Origin: Mariprofundus sp. | GTDB taxonomy: Bacteria; Pseudomonadota; Zetaproteobacteria; Mariprofundales; Mariprofundaceae | DNA: 54,434 nucleotides | NCBI GenBank assembly: GCA_046753565.1 | Contig: JBHHTY010000001.1 | Location: 1-54,434 of the forward strand | Reading direction: 5' to 3' | Part shown: positions 18,384 through 29,355 of the stretch, piece after piece | Numbering within the stretch: position 1 is the first letter of the stretch | Layout of the letters: each line of letters begins with the position of its first letter | Notes under the pieces: model-generated | Databases searched by the model: none | What the model was told of the DNA's origin: nothing | Seen by the model: the letters and a program-made list of their open reading frames with translations, nothing else | Position numbers and translations under genes: made by a program

Positions 18384-19391
18384 TTATCCTCCAACTGCCG
18401 GCATATTCCGGCGATAGTCAAACCAAATATCCATCAGGCCAATGATCATAAAGGGTATGATCAATATGGACCAGACGATTAACATAAAATACATCATCGC
18501 GATTGAAAGCAGCATGCCTTTTGCTTTCAACCAGCTGTGCCCTACGGCAATACCCTGGGCAGCCAGTAAGCCGCCAATCAGGATGCCTGCATTGGCGGCA
18601 AGATAGTGCAACTCACCTGAACCCAGGTTCATCATCACCAGCAGCACCAGAAACAGATAAGCTACCGGCTTGCCGAAATTCAGACTCAGCAGCCCGGTAT
18701 ACTCACCCTGATAAAAGCCATACTTGCGGGCAAAATTCCTGGCAAATACAACATCGCCCCACCAGGTGAACCACAGACCCAATGCTATCAGACCAGGCAG
18801 GATTTCTACCATCATCTGGCGTGACTGCTCAAGCATTTGCACCGCTTCCTGCTCACTGGCCGGTATCTGCTGTTCAATATCCTGAAACATCGGATTCAGC
18901 AGTTGTCCGATAAGTTCCCTGACGCCTGTATCCTGCATTGCAGCTGTAAGCACCAGCCCCAGCAGGGTCAGGCCACCAAGCGCGAATGCCAGATACTGGG
19001 CGCTGAGCCGAATGCCGTCGGAGCGCATGATCAGAACCGCTCCCAGTATGGGCATCAGACCGTACAGCACAAACACGACCAGCCCCGGGACAACAGCAAA
19101 ACCTGTGGCTATTGCAATACCAATGGCCACAAGTGCCGCAACATGGCTGGCAAATATCAAGCCGCCCCCGAAAGTAACGAGGGCAATCAGTGCCGGCGCA
19201 AGTATATGGATGGAGAGTCCCATGGTGGTCATCAACATCACAAAAAATGCCGGCATTCCACTGCTCAGTGCGGGCAGCCATACCGCACTCATTAACATCA
19301 GCAGCATCAATGCCGCGCAGGGCAGCCGGTGTGTCAGCACATAGGTGACAAATGCTGGCATGATCTGCGGGACAGGTGCCTGATCCTGCAT
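18384..19391 (-). CDS. YybS/DUF2232-like integral membrane protein
   Basis: Multi-TM protein between rpsR and rplI, with C-terminal GLMDIWFDYRR typical of DUF2232. Confidence 0.8.
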   Translation of the reverse strand: MQDQAPVPQIMPAFVTYVLTHRLPCAALMLLMLMSAVWLPALSSGMPAFFVMLMTTMGLSIHILAPALIALVTFGGGLIFASHVAALVAIGIAIATGFAVVPGLVVFVLYGLMPILGAVLIMRSDGIRLSAQYLAFALGGLTLLGLVLTAAMQDTGVRELIGQLLNPMFQDIEQQIPASEQEAVQMLEQSRQMMVEILPGLIALGLWFTWWGDVVFARNFARKYGFYQGEYTGLLSLNFGKPVAYLFLVLLVMMNLGSGELHYLAANAGILIGGLLAAQGIAVGHSWLKAKGMLLSIAMMYFMLIVWSILIIPFMIIGLMDIWFDYRRNMPAVGG

Positions 19392-19429
19392 CAGATCAGT
19401 TTACCACTGATATGCAAATGTTGTTGCAA

Positions 19430-19774
19430 TCAGTCGTGGTGCAGTGGTGTAAACGGCACCAGCGCCAGCACACGGGCACGTTTAATGGCGGTTGTCAGAA
19501 AACGTTGATGCTTGGAGCAGGTTCCGGTTACGCGTGACGGAAGAATCTTGTAACGCTCGGTAATGAAACCGCGCAACAGATCCGGATCTTTATGATCGAT
19601 AGTCAGGCTCTTGTCTGCACAGAACTTGCAGAATTTGCGGCGACGCTGGAAACGACCACGCGGGCCGCCACGTTGCGGGCGCTCACTGCGCTGCGGACGA
19701 TCTCCCTGCGGGCGATTGCCTTGCGGACGTTCAGCTGCAGCTGGTGCAGGTTTTTTTGTTGCTTCTTCACTCAT
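19430..19774 (-). CDS. rpsR: 30S ribosomal protein S18 with N-terminal extension
   Basis: RRKFCKFC...IDHKD...[27 protein letters not shown]; GAGGAG RBS before ATG 19774. Confidence 0.97.
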   Translation of the reverse strand: MSEEATKKPAPAAAERPQGNRPQGDRPQRSERPQRGGPRGRFQRRRKFCKFCADKSLTIDHKDPDLLRGFITERYKILPSRVTGTCSKHQRFLTTAIKRARVLALVPFTPLHHD

Positions 19775-19800
19775 ATTCAACTCCTCAATCTCTTTAGGCG

Positions 19801-20178
19801 CTATTCGGGAATTTTCGCTTGCATGGCCGGATCTTTTTCATCGGGCTGTTCAACAAGCCGGCATGCACCCACCCAAATTTCTACCTGTCCCCAGCAAGGT
19901 TCGTTATCCCTGCTGTAAAAACGTCTACGCAAACAACCGTCAATCATCACATTTCGACCATCCATGGCCATCATGGTGTTGACGATATCTCCACTGGCAC
20001 GCAACGGCATCGGTTGCTTGTCCTGAACTCCGGCCCGAACAGGCCCCAGTTCAGGACGATGTGTTACCAGTTCAGCAATCAGTGCCAGAGAACCGTCCGG
20101 CATCCAGCGTTTGCGTATATTGCCGAGTCGACCCGAAACACGGGCGCGATTAAACTCAGGCGCTTGCTTCTGCTCCAT
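19801..20178 (-). CDS. PriB/SSB-like OB-fold single-stranded DNA-binding protein
   Basis: Sits between rpsF and rpsR, the usual priB/ssb slot; NRARVSGRL...RWMPDG...VMIDGCL resembles the SSB/PriB OB-fold pattern. Confidence 0.65.
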   Translation of the reverse strand: MEQKQAPEFNRARVSGRLGNIRKRWMPDGSLALIAELVTHRPELGPVRAGVQDKQPMPLRASGDIVNTMMAMDGRNVMIDGCLRRRFYSRDNEPCWGQVEIWVGACRLVEQPDEKDPAMQAKIPE

Positions 20179-20596
20179 CAGCATTGTCCTTGGCTTCGGC
20201 TTTTGCTTCAGCAGCAGTTTCTGTGGCTTCAGCAGCTTTTGCTTCAGTCGCAGCTTCTTCACGTTTGGCCGCAGCCTGAGCGCGACGCAACAGCGGAGAT
20301 GGCTTGTCGGACAGTTCGGTCAATCGGGTGGTCAGGGAACGGATGATACGTTCTTCCAGGCTGATGGCACGTTCCAGCGTATTGATGGCTTCAGCACTGC
20401 CGTCGGTGACCAGCAGGATATAGCTGCCACGCTTGCGGTTGGCAATGGAATAAGCCAACGGACGTGAGCCCCAGTTTTCGCGTTTAACAATGCGACCGCC
20501 GACTTTTTCAACTTTGGCGATCAGATCATCGGTCAGTGCTTCGGTGTTTTCCTGAGAGATGTCAGGGTTAACGATAAAAATAGTTTCGTAATACAA
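20156..20596 (-). CDS. rpsF: 30S ribosomal protein S6
   Basis: YETIFIVNP, WGSRPLAYSI; TTG start after AAAGGAG. Confidence 0.97.
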   Translation of the reverse strand: MYYETIFIVNPDISQENTEALTDDLIAKVEKVGGRIVKRENWGSRPLAYSIANRKRGSYILLVTDGSAEAINTLERAISLEERIIRSLTTRLTELSDKPSPLLRRAQAAAKREEAATEAKAAEATETAAEAKAEAKDNADGAEASA

Positions 20597-20660
20597 ACGG
20601 CGCTCCTTTCGGTGTACTTACGTACGCCCCGGTACGATAAAGCGCGTCCGGAGCAAGGTA
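20597..20660 (-). promoter_or_regulatory. Putative S6:S18-binding ribosomal-protein leader (autoregulatory)
   Basis: Minus strand reads CCTTGCTCC...CACCGAAAGGAGCG. GCUCC can pair with the SD GGAGC and a CCG precedes the SD, as in described rpsF leaders. Upstream promoter TTGCAT-16-TATCAT (20720-20693). Confidence 0.6.
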
Positions 20661-20797
20661 TGTTTCTGCCAGTTACCTGTACAGAGCGGCGCATGATATG
20701 CAGCAGAACGGTGAATGCAAGCAGTGTAATGGAGTTCTTGCCTGATTGCAGTGGTGAATGACAGGCTGAATATATGGTGTGCTTACGACCATCCCTA

Positions 20798-20983
20798 TCA
20801 TTCTTCTTTATAATTCCCCAATATACAGTACTTTGCATAGATGCCGGCATCATCGGCAGTCCACTCCCCCTTGGGTTTCTGTTTCATGCTGTCACACCAT
20901 GCCTTGCTGCCTGGCTCCGGCGCGCAGCCGGAAAAAGAGAGTGCGACCAATAGTGTGAACAGTATCATTACCAGTTTTTTCAT
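20798..20983 (-). CDS. DUF3012-family small lipoprotein
   Basis: Lipobox FSGC then APEPGSKAWCDSMKQKPKGEWTADDA..YAKYC; AGGAGG RBS. Confidence 0.85.
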   Translation of the reverse strand: MKKLVMILFTLLVALSFSGCAPEPGSKAWCDSMKQKPKGEWTADDAGIYAKYCILGNYKEE

Positions 20984-21031
20984 ATGTGGTCCTCCTTTGC
21001 GCAGCCAGTCCAAATGTTGCGATTCCCGGTA

Positions 21032-22213
21032 TTATAGTCGGGATCGGATCAGATTGCCGGTTTCAGTCTCGGACAATGTCACAGGATTGGTTTGCATGCT
21101 GCCGCTGCTGGTATGGGCAATAAGCATTGGAATATCATGTTCAGCGATGCCGTAATCAGACAATAACGGCATATGGAATGCGCTTGTCCATTGCTCAAGC
21201 AAGGTCAGTAGCTGTTGTCTGGCCGTTTTATCATCAAGACTGTTATTACCACTTATGATGCGCCCGGCCTCGGCATATTTAAACAGGGCGATGTTCTCGG
21301 GCTCTCTGGTTAGCATGCATGCGATATTCAGTTGCGTGGCTTCGAATAACAGGCTGCCGCACACTGCGCCATGCGGCATCGGGAAAAAGGCACCGATCGG
21401 TGAGGCTAGGCCGTGTACGCTGCCGAGTCCTGCGTTGGCCAGCGTCAGTCCTGAAACAGATGAGGCATAAAGCATGTCGGACCGGGCCTGCAGATTGGAG
21501 CCATCGGCAATGGCAGTCGGTAATGAACGGGCGACTTTTTGCATACCGCTCAGGGCAAGCGCATCGGTCATCGGATTGGCATTGCGGGATACATAGGATT
21601 CCAGCAGCTGTGTGAAGGCATCCATACCGCAGGCTGCAGTGATACTGGCCGGGCAGGACAGGGTCAGTTCAGGGTCAAGAATGATGTGCCGGGCTACGAG
21701 AAGTTCATGCCGGAATGATTTTTTAAAACCATGTTCGCCAATGACAGAAAGCACAGCATTCTTGCTGGTTTCTCCACCTGTCCCGGCTGTTGTCGGCAGG
21801 GCAATCAATGGTGTGGACGGCCCGGTGTAGTTTTTCCCGTTACCCACACCTTCCAGATATTCCATCACCGAATCGCCACCCGGTAGCAGGCCGGCAATGG
21901 CCTTGGCGGCATCAATAGGACTGCCTCCGCCGATTGCAACCACACAATCCGGTGGTGTGGTACAGTATTCTGCTACCGTGTGGTCAACCTGTTGCGGTGA
22001 TGGTTCGCCATGAATACGGATTCGGTGCACATCAAACTGCCTGTTCAGTTCATCAAACAGGCTTCGGCACAACGGTGATGAATCAAAGGAGGCATCACCG
22101 GTGACCAGCAGAATCCGTCTGCCGTATTGCCGGATGATCGAATTCAGCTGAGAACGTTTTCCCGGTCCGAAATGAATGTGCGGCGTTGCAGCGAAGAAGA
22201 AATCGGATATCAC
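21032..22213 (-). CDS. Iron-containing alcohol dehydrogenase family protein
   Basis: GGGSPIDAAK, PTTAGTGGE, DAFTQLLE, HGLAS, PHG. GTG start at 22213. Confidence 0.92.
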   Translation of the reverse strand: MISDFFFAATPHIHFGPGKRSQLNSIIRQYGRRILLVTGDASFDSSPLCRSLFDELNRQFDVHRIRIHGEPSPQQVDHTVAEYCTTPPDCVVAIGGGSPIDAAKAIAGLLPGGDSVMEYLEGVGNGKNYTGPSTPLIALPTTAGTGGETSKNAVLSVIGEHGFKKSFRHELLVARHIILDPELTLSCPASITAACGMDAFTQLLESYVSRNANPMTDALALSGMQKVARSLPTAIADGSNLQARSDMLYASSVSGLTLANAGLGSVHGLASPIGAFFPMPHGAVCGSLLFEATQLNIACMLTREPENIALFKYAEAGRIISGNNSLDDKTARQQLLTLLEQWTSAFHMPLLSDYGIAEHDIPMLIAHTSSGSMQTNPVTLSETETGNLIRSRL

Positions 22214-22232
22214 GGGAATTTTATTGTGGCAA

Positions 22233-23216
22233 TCAGGCCAGCAGTAGTTTGATTTCGGCCTGACTGAGCGGCCGTGGAAGTCTGGCGCCGAGCTGGGAAA
22301 CAACGCGTGCGGCAGCATGTGACCCCAGATGTCCGGCCTGCTGCCAGCTTAATCCGTTGGTAATGCCGTACAGCACGCCGGCTGCATACATATCTCCGGC
22401 TCCGGTAGTGTCGACGGCTTCAACTTCAACGCCTTCGATTGGAAATGCTTCGCCTTCATGCATGATAATGGAACCGTTCCTGCCCAGGGTCAGGGCAACA
22501 TTCCGGCAGTGCTGATGGATGGCATGGGCACAGTCAATCGGGTCTTGCAGCCCGGTCAGTGCGCGTGCTTCTTCCTCGTTGCAGAAAAGTAAATCCACCG
22601 GGCCTTCGATCAGCTCCTTGAACTGATCACGGCAAATATCGATCAGGAAAGGGTCTGAAATGGTCAATGCCACTTTAACATTATTGGCTTTGGCTATTTC
22701 AATGGCTTTCAGTGCGGCTGCTTTGGTGGAGTCACCGGCAAACAGATAGCCTTCGATATACACGTATTCAGCTTTGGTGATTTCTTCTGCCCTGATGTCA
22801 TCAGCATTCAGTGATGATGAAATACCGAGGCTGGTCAGCATGGTGCGTTGTGCATCCGGCGTGATCAACACCACACAGGTGCCGGTTTGCCCTTCGGTTT
22901 GCGGTACTTCAATGGTGATGCCCAGTTGTTGCATTTCATCGAGGTATTGGCAGCCGAATTCATCCGCAGCGGTTTTGCAGGCATAGGCTGCGCTGCCCCC
23001 CATATCGGCGATACCAACAATGGTGTTGGCTGCGGAACCACCGGAGCAATAATTAATGTGGTGTCCGGCCAGTGCATCGAGAATATTCTTTTGGTGCTCG
23101 TCATCCACCAGCGTCATAACCCCTTTTTCAATGCCGGCTGTATCAAGGAAGGTATCCTCGCACTGCACCTGCATATCCATAATCGCGTTACCCACGCCGT
23201 AAACATTGTATGTCAT
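22233..23216 (-). CDS. PfkB-family adenosine/sugar kinase
   Basis: GNAIMD, GGSAANT, CNEEEA, DTTGAGD. Confidence 0.92.
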   Translation of the reverse strand: MTYNVYGVGNAIMDMQVQCEDTFLDTAGIEKGVMTLVDDEHQKNILDALAGHHINYCSGGSAANTIVGIADMGGSAAYACKTAADEFGCQYLDEMQQLGITIEVPQTEGQTGTCVVLITPDAQRTMLTSLGISSSLNADDIRAEEITKAEYVYIEGYLFAGDSTKAAALKAIEIAKANNVKVALTISDPFLIDICRDQFKELIEGPVDLLFCNEEEARALTGLQDPIDCAHAIHQHCRNVALTLGRNGSIIMHEGEAFPIEGVEVEAVDTTGAGDMYAAGVLYGITNGLSWQQAGHLGSHAAARVVSQLGARLPRPLSQAEIKLLLA

Positions 23217-23379
23217 GATTTTCTCCTGAAGTGGTGGCCAAGTGTGGGTGCGCGGGTGCTGTCGTCAACCATGATTCGCAGCGGTCTGTGTGATTTCCGT
23301 GGCAATCAGCTTGATTGATGGAATGCTCGTTGATTTGGTAAAAGGTGATTCTGCAGAGGGCGCTTTCTGTCAGAAGCGG

Positions 23380-24429
23380 TCAATCTCCTTGTTGATCAAG
23401 CTGATACAGGGAATTCATGCGGCGGATGATATGCGGTAGTACATTCATGCGGGAACGATCCAGATGCATGCGCAGGCGCGGCAGGTGGTTGTAACATTTG
23501 TCATCCGATTTCGGCCATTGAAAGACCTGTTCAATGGAGCCATCGCTGAGTACATCGGAAAATTCTGCGTTCAGGCGTTTGATGGCGTGATCGGAAAGCG
23601 GATGGATGATGCGCAGCAGGATGCATTTCCCGACATAGCGAAAGCTGTGGTAATTGATATAGAAATCACGAATATGATTGACTGCGGCTTCGATATTGTC
23701 GGTATGATAGAGGAGTTGATGATCTTCCGAATCAATGAGTCCGTCTTTCACCAGACGGCGCATCCATGAGCGCATGAATGGCCCCCAGAAGTCATCACCG
23801 GGCGCTTCCAGCATGACAACAGGTAGTGGCGGATTACGGCCCGTTTGCAATAATGTCAGTGTTTCAAACGCTTCATCCAGTGTGCCGAAGCCGCCGGGCG
23901 TGAGAACAATGGCATCGCTTTCCTTGAGAAAAAACAGTTTTCGGGTAAAGAAATACTGGCAGTAAAAGTGTCGCGGAGAATCGATCATGATCGGGTTGGG
24001 CTGTTGCTCCATCGGCAGATTGATATTGATGGCAAAGGAGTGTTTTTCCCCGGCGCCTTCATTGGCGGCTTGCATCATACCGCCTCCGCCGCCGGTGATA
24101 ATCATAAATCCGGCCTGTTGCAGGGCTGCAGCGCAACTGTACGCATGCTGATAGCGGGGGTGATCTTCCGGTGTTCTGGCCGATCCGAAAACAGCTACCT
24201 TGCGGCATGACGGATATGGCTTGAAGACATCAAGTCCCTGGCGCAATTCGGATAACATTCTGGACAGCATTTTCATGTCCACATTTTCATAATCGCCGGA
24301 TGCCAGCTGCAGTGTTTCCAGAATCAGGCCACGCCTGTGGGGTGATTCGTTCTTATAATCTGCGAGCAGGGCCCGGGCATGATGACGGATGTTTTCCGGC
24401 AGGTCATTCAGGCAAGTTGTTTCGCTCAT
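23380..24429 (-). CDS. LOG-family nucleotide 5'-monophosphate nucleosidase (TIGR00730-like)
   Basis: VFGSART, TGGGGGMMQAANEG, FFTRK, PGGFGTLDE. Confidence 0.92.
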   Translation of the reverse strand: MSETTCLNDLPENIRHHARALLADYKNESPHRRGLILETLQLASGDYENVDMKMLSRMLSELRQGLDVFKPYPSCRKVAVFGSARTPEDHPRYQHAYSCAAALQQAGFMIITGGGGGMMQAANEGAGEKHSFAININLPMEQQPNPIMIDSPRHFYCQYFFTRKLFFLKESDAIVLTPGGFGTLDEAFETLTLLQTGRNPPLPVVMLEAPGDDFWGPFMRSWMRRLVKDGLIDSEDHQLLYHTDNIEAAVNHIRDFYINYHSFRYVGKCILLRIIHPLSDHAIKRLNAEFSDVLSDGSIEQVFQWPKSDDKCYNHLPRLRMHLDRSRMNVLPHIIRRMNSLYQLDQQGD

Positions 24430-24461
24430 GTGGCCGGGCTCATACAGGCCGTATCAGGCAC

Positions 24462-25937
24462 TTACTCCGGCGCATTGATGATGACATCAATGCGCCGGTT
24501 CATGTCTCTACCCTTTGCGAATTCATTGCTGGCAATAGGCCGGACTTCACCATAACCCAGTGCTTTCAGGCGCGAGCCGTCAGCACCGGCGGCAATGAGA
24601 AAATCACGCACGGCCTCGGCGCGTTTCAGTGATAACACCTGATTGGGTTTAACATCACCACGATCATCGGTATGGCCTTCAATACGCAGGCTGCGATCCT
24701 GATAAATGGCCATGGCCTCTTTCAGTCTGTTCAACAGGTCGAAATATTTTGATTCGATTTTGCTTCTTCCTGAACGGAATTTCAGTCCGGTGAGTCGAAT
24801 CAACAGTGAGCCGTCGAGATTGACAAGGATTTCTGCATCACCCTGTTTGAACAGTTGCTGTAGTTGCTGTTGCCGTTTTTTCTCGAAGGTTTCCCGTTCC
24901 AGTTTGGCTTTGAATGCCTCCCTGATACTGGATAAGCGGTTTTGCTGCTCCTGCATGATTTCATCGGTTTGCGCAGCCAGTTTGTTTTGCATTTCCTGTC
25001 CAAGACGAGCCATGTCCAGACGATGAGCCTTGCGTTCATCGGCCAGTTCCCTGTTCAGTTTTTTGACTGCCCGCAGCAGTACGCTGTCTTCGATATCTGT
25101 CAGCATGGGACTGGATTCGTTACTGATGCCCAGTTCATGGGCCAGCTGAAGTTTCAACGCCCTTGTTTTCAGAATAAGTGTCTCATGGCTGCTGTGGTCT
25201 CTGCGCCATGCCCTGACCTGTTGTGCGATATGCGCGGCTTCACGCGCAAGATACAGGCCGGATTCAGGGTAGTCGGGCACCTTGCTGATCTTTCCCCGAT
25301 TGAATGCTTTCAGTTCAGCCAGTTTATCTTTGGCAGCCTGATAAATTTTCGGGGCGTATTGTCTGGCATTGGCATTGCTGGCCTTGCCAATGGCACTTGC
25401 TGTCAGTTTGGTGAGCCACGGCAATGTTTTATCCAGCACCTGGCGGTATAGTTTTGCCGCCTTGTCGACATGAATCTGGGTCTGGTTCAATGCTCCCCGT
25501 TCATGGGTTTCAATGGCCAGCGCCAGTTCATGTTCGGCATCATTCACTACCTGCGTGGGCGACAGGTCACTGATGGCCTTGCCGGATGAGGTGATGATTT
25601 CGGTTATGGCGACAGCACCTTTGCGCAGGTTTAACAGTCTGGCAAAGCGTTGTTTGAAATCTTCGGCCGTGTGTTTTGCTTCGGTCAGTTTTTCAGCTGC
25701 TTTGGCCAGCGCAGTATCAACTTCCTGCTGTTTTTCCTGTTCGCTTGCCAGCATGGCAGCGCCCATATAGGCCTCGGCGCGTTCGATGGTTTGCGGTGCA
25801 AAACGATAATTTTCACCATGCTTGAATGTTTTGATCTGTTGCTGCAACAACTTCTGATTGTTGTCTGCCGCCTGCAAGGGTGCGCTGAACAGCATGGTAG
25901 CCAGAAGAGGGATGAGGAAATAACGGAATTCAGGCAA
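24462..25937 (-). CDS. Exported OmpA-family peptidoglycan-binding protein with long helical/coiled-coil N-terminus
   Basis: Signal peptide (LQA-AD); C-terminal IEGHTD...LSLKRAEAV...GYGE..P...NRRID. Confidence 0.9.
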   Translation of the reverse strand: MPEFRYFLIPLLATMLFSAPLQAADNNQKLLQQQIKTFKHGENYRFAPQTIERAEAYMGAAMLASEQEKQQEVDTALAKAAEKLTEAKHTAEDFKQRFARLLNLRKGAVAITEIITSSGKAISDLSPTQVVNDAEHELALAIETHERGALNQTQIHVDKAAKLYRQVLDKTLPWLTKLTASAIGKASNANARQYAPKIYQAAKDKLAELKAFNRGKISKVPDYPESGLYLAREAAHIAQQVRAWRRDHSSHETLILKTRALKLQLAHELGISNESSPMLTDIEDSVLLRAVKKLNRELADERKAHRLDMARLGQEMQNKLAAQTDEIMQEQQNRLSSIREAFKAKLERETFEKKRQQQLQQLFKQGDAEILVNLDGSLLIRLTGLKFRSGRSKIESKYFDLLNRLKEAMAIYQDRSLRIEGHTDDRGDVKPNQVLSLKRAEAVRDFLIAAGADGSRLKALGYGEVRPIASNEFAKGRDMNRRIDVIINAPE

Positions 25938-27033
25938 GGTTTAACATCCTTTCAAGTGCCATTCGGCCCCAGCGTTTCTGTTGTTGGGGTACTGTGATCT
26001 GATTGCTGATGGGAATATGGTTATCCAGGGCATCACGGATTGATGTCAGTGCTGCACACAGGTGTTGCGGATCGGTACGGAACATGGTCGAGCACATACA
26101 TATCATCGGGGAGAGAAACCAGATCGGTTTGTCCGGGAACTGAATACGCAGGCGGTTAACCAGATTCAGCTCGGTGGCAATGGCGAATGTGCAGCCTGCC
26201 GGAGATTCGGCAACATGTTTGATAATCATTTCTGTGGAGCCAACAAAATCTGCGGTTTCGCAGACAGCCCGTGAACATTCCGGATGCGCCAGAATTTCGA
26301 TGCCGGCATGATTGCGGCGCATGGTGTCGGCATGTTCCGGTTTGAACAGTTGATGCACCGAGCAAAAACCTTTCCATAAAATAAGACGGGCCTTTTCAAT
26401 ATCAGCCGGCGAATTGCCGCCCAGTGGCAGGGCAGGATCCCAGATGATCATATCGGATTCGGGGACGCCCATTGCGACAGCGGTATTTTCACCCAGATGC
26501 TGGTCGGGAAAAAACAGGATTTTTTCGCGGTTTCCCCAGCTCCATTCAAGAATTTTTTGCGCATTGCCGGAGGTGCAGACAATACCGCCATGCTCTCCGC
26601 AGAATGATTTCAGGGCTGCAGTGGAGTTGATATAGGTCACAGGGGTGACGCACTCGTCCGGATTGATGATTTCGGAGAGTTCGGACCAGCAGCGTGTCAC
26701 CTGCTCATCATCCGCCATATCCGCCATCGAACAACCGGCAGCCAGATCGGGAAGGATCACGCTCTGCTCATCACCGGTCAGGATATCGGCCGTTTCGGCC
26801 ATAAAATGCACGCCGCAGAAAATAATATACGGCGCACTGGTTTCAGCAGCCTGTTGCGACAGTTTTAACGAATCACCCGACACATCGGCGAAAGCGAACA
26901 CCTCCTCGCGCTGGTAATGGTGACCGAGAATCAGCACCTGATCACCGAGTTCGGCTTTCAGTGCATTGATTTGTTCGAGAATATCGGTTTCGGGTGTATC
27001 GTAAAGCTGCGTCAGCAGCGTCTGTGCATTCAT
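25930..27033 (-). CDS. nadA: Quinolinate synthase
   Basis: LGHHYQ, FCGVHFMAE, AGCSMA, YINS, CTSGNA, PDQHLG, CSVH, HPEC. Confidence 0.96.
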   Translation of the reverse strand: MNAQTLLTQLYDTPETDILEQINALKAELGDQVLILGHHYQREEVFAFADVSGDSLKLSQQAAETSAPYIIFCGVHFMAETADILTGDEQSVILPDLAAGCSMADMADDEQVTRCWSELSEIINPDECVTPVTYINSTAALKSFCGEHGGIVCTSGNAQKILEWSWGNREKILFFPDQHLGENTAVAMGVPESDMIIWDPALPLGGNSPADIEKARLILWKGFCSVHQLFKPEHADTMRRNHAGIEILAHPECSRAVCETADFVGSTEMIIKHVAESPAGCTFAIATELNLVNRLRIQFPDKPIWFLSPMICMCSTMFRTDPQHLCAALTSIRDALDNHIPISNQITVPQQQKRWGRMALERMLNLA

Positions 27034-27222
27034 ACGCCAAAGTTTCCGGTGGTGCGGCTGGCTTGTCAAATTTGGCCGGTCAGCGCTATGCCAATCCTGT
27101 TGTGGCGAAACACGGTGGGGATGCATAAGGGGGTCACAGGAAAGTTTGTGGCCAACCACTTGCGTGCAACAAGCTGCAACTCTGGGTACGCTTCGCTTTG
27201 ATTTCTTAAACGGAGAGAGTTT

Positions 27223-29070
27223 ATGCCTGTTTATCGTTCACGCACGACTACCCATGGCCGCAATATGGCCGGTGCCCGCTCATTGTGGCGCGCCACCGGC
27301 ATGAAGGATGGCGATTTCGACAAGCCGATTATCGCCGTCGTTAATTCGTTCACGCAGTTCGTGCCGGGGCATGTGCATCTGAAAGATCTGGGTCAGATGG
27401 TGGCGCGCGAGATTGAAGCTGCCGGTGGCGTGGCCAAGGAGTTCAACACGATTGCCGTGGATGACGGCATCGCCATGGGCCATGGCGGCATGCTGTATTC
27501 ATTGCCGAGCCGCGAGATTATTGCCGATTCGGTGGAATATATGGCTAATGCCCATTGTGCCGATGCGCTGGTATGTATCTCCAACTGCGATAAAATCACA
27601 CCCGGTATGATGATGGCGGCGCTGCGCCTGAATATCCCGGCCGTGTTCGTTTCCGGCGGCCCGATGGAAGCCGGCAAAGTCACCATTGATAATCGGGAGA
27701 AACACCTTGATCTGGTTGATGCCATGGTCATGGCTGCTGATCCGAACGAGAGTGATGCGGATGTGGCTGCGGTGGAGCGTTCTGCCTGTCCGACCTGTGG
27801 TTCCTGCTCCGGCATGTTTACGGCCAATTCGATGAACTGCCTGGCTGAAGCACTCGGGCTGGCCTTGCCGGGTAACGGATCATTGCTGGCCACGCATGCG
27901 GATCGCAGGGAACTGTTTCTCGAAGCCGGTCGTCTGGCGGTGGATTTGTGTAAACGTTATTATGAAGGCGACGATGCATCCGTATTACCACGTTCGATTG
28001 CCACCGTTGAGGCCTTTGAAAATGCCATGGCACTGGATATTGCCATGGGGGGATCCACCAATACCGTGCTGCATCTGCTGGCCTGTGCACAGGAAGCGGG
28101 TGTGGATTTTACCATGAACGATATTGACCGTATGAGCCGCAAGGTACCCAATCTGTGCAAGGTGGCGCCTGCGGTTCAGCATTATCACATGGAAGATGTG
28201 CATCGTGCCGGTGGTGTGATTGGAATTCTGGCCGAACTGAACCGGGGCGGTTTGCTGCATCGTGATGTGCCGACAGTGCATTCACCCACACTGGGGGATG
28301 CTGTTGATGCCAACGATATTGTCCGTGAATCCAATACAGATGCGCGTGAAATGTTCCGTGCAGCACCGGGCGGTATTCCGACGCAGGAAGCATTTTCACA
28401 ATCCGAGCGCTGGAAATCGCTGGATACCGATCGTGAAGCCGGCTGTATTCGCAATATCGAGCATGCCTATTCGAAAGAAGGCGGACTGGCGGTGTTGTTC
28501 GGTAACATTGCCGAGCGTGGCTGTATTGTGAAAACCGCCGGTGTGGATGAATCCATCTGGACATTCAGTGGCAGGGCGCGCGTATTTGAATCACAGGATG
28601 ATGCTGTGACAGCGATTCTGAATGATAAAATCGTAGCCGGCGATGTCGTGGTTATCCGCTATGAAGGTCCGAAGGGGGGGCCCGGCATGCAGGAAATGCT
28701 GTACCCGACTTCATATCTGAAATCCAAAGGCATGGGTAAGGTTTGCGCCCTGCTCACCGATGGCCGTTTCTCCGGTGGCACCTCCGGTTTATCGATCGGC
28801 CATGCCTCGCCGGAGGCCGCTGAAGGCGGTGCGATCGGGCTGGTGGAAGAGGGCGATATGATCGAAATCGATATCCCGAACCGCAGGATTCATCTGGCTG
28901 TTTCCGGTGATGAACTGGCCAGTCGCCGGACCGCTATGGAAGCCAGGGGTGCTGCTGCCTGGCAGCCGGTTGATCGGGATCGAGTTGTATCCAGGGCCTT
29001 GCAGGCCTATGCCGCATTGACAACTTCAGCAGACAAGGGCGCTGTACGGGATCTGGAGCAGTTAAAGTAG
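27223..29070 (+). CDS. ilvD: Dihydroxy-acid dehydratase
   Basis: [48 protein letters not shown]. Confidence 0.98.
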   Translation: MPVYRSRTTTHGRNMAGARSLWRATGMKDGDFDKPIIAVVNSFTQFVPGHVHLKDLGQMVAREIEAAGGVAKEFNTIAVDDGIAMGHGGMLYSLPSREIIADSVEYMANAHCADALVCISNCDKITPGMMMAALRLNIPAVFVSGGPMEAGKVTIDNREKHLDLVDAMVMAADPNESDADVAAVERSACPTCGSCSGMFTANSMNCLAEALGLALPGNGSLLATHADRRELFLEAGRLAVDLCKRYYEGDDASVLPRSIATVEAFENAMALDIAMGGSTNTVLHLLACAQEAGVDFTMNDIDRMSRKVPNLCKVAPAVQHYHMEDVHRAGGVIGILAELNRGGLLHRDVPTVHSPTLGDAVDANDIVRESNTDAREMFRAAPGGIPTQEAFSQSERWKSLDTDREAGCIRNIEHAYSKEGGLAVLFGNIAERGCIVKTAGVDESIWTFSGRARVFESQDDAVTAILNDKIVAGDVVVIRYEGPKGGPGMQEMLYPTSYLKSKGMGKVCALLTDGRFSGGTSGLSIGHASPEAAEGGAIGLVEEGDMIEIDIPNRRIHLAVSGDELASRRTAMEARGAAAWQPVDRDRVVSRALQAYAALTTSADKGAVRDLEQLK

Positions 29071-29085
29071 GCGCAGGTTGAACGG

Positions 29086-29199
29086 GTGAAACTGTCGACA
29101 AAAATCATGGCCGGAATCGTTCTGGCTGTCGTCATACTCGGCGGGCTGGAGCTACTGATCAGCAGCTATTTCATGGGACAGTTCGAGGATATGCGGTAA
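29086..29199 (+). CDS. Putative 37-aa single-TM small protein
   Basis: Hand translation GTG...TAA: MKLSTKIMAGIVLAVVILGGLELLISSYFMGQFEDMR; below the ORF-track length cutoff. Confidence 0.45.
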   Translation: MKLSTKIMAGIVLAVVILGGLELLISSYFMGQFEDMR

Positions 29200-29355
29200 A
29201 GGGCGCGTGTCCCTTTATTCTGTTTGACAAAAACCCGGACATACTTCTGACGATTGGTCTATCATAAGGATGACACGTCCTGTGAAAGGCAATCGGGTTT
29301 CCGGTCCGGTGATGAGACTTTTACAGAGCAGGATGGAACTGCAGTGGAGGTGGTG

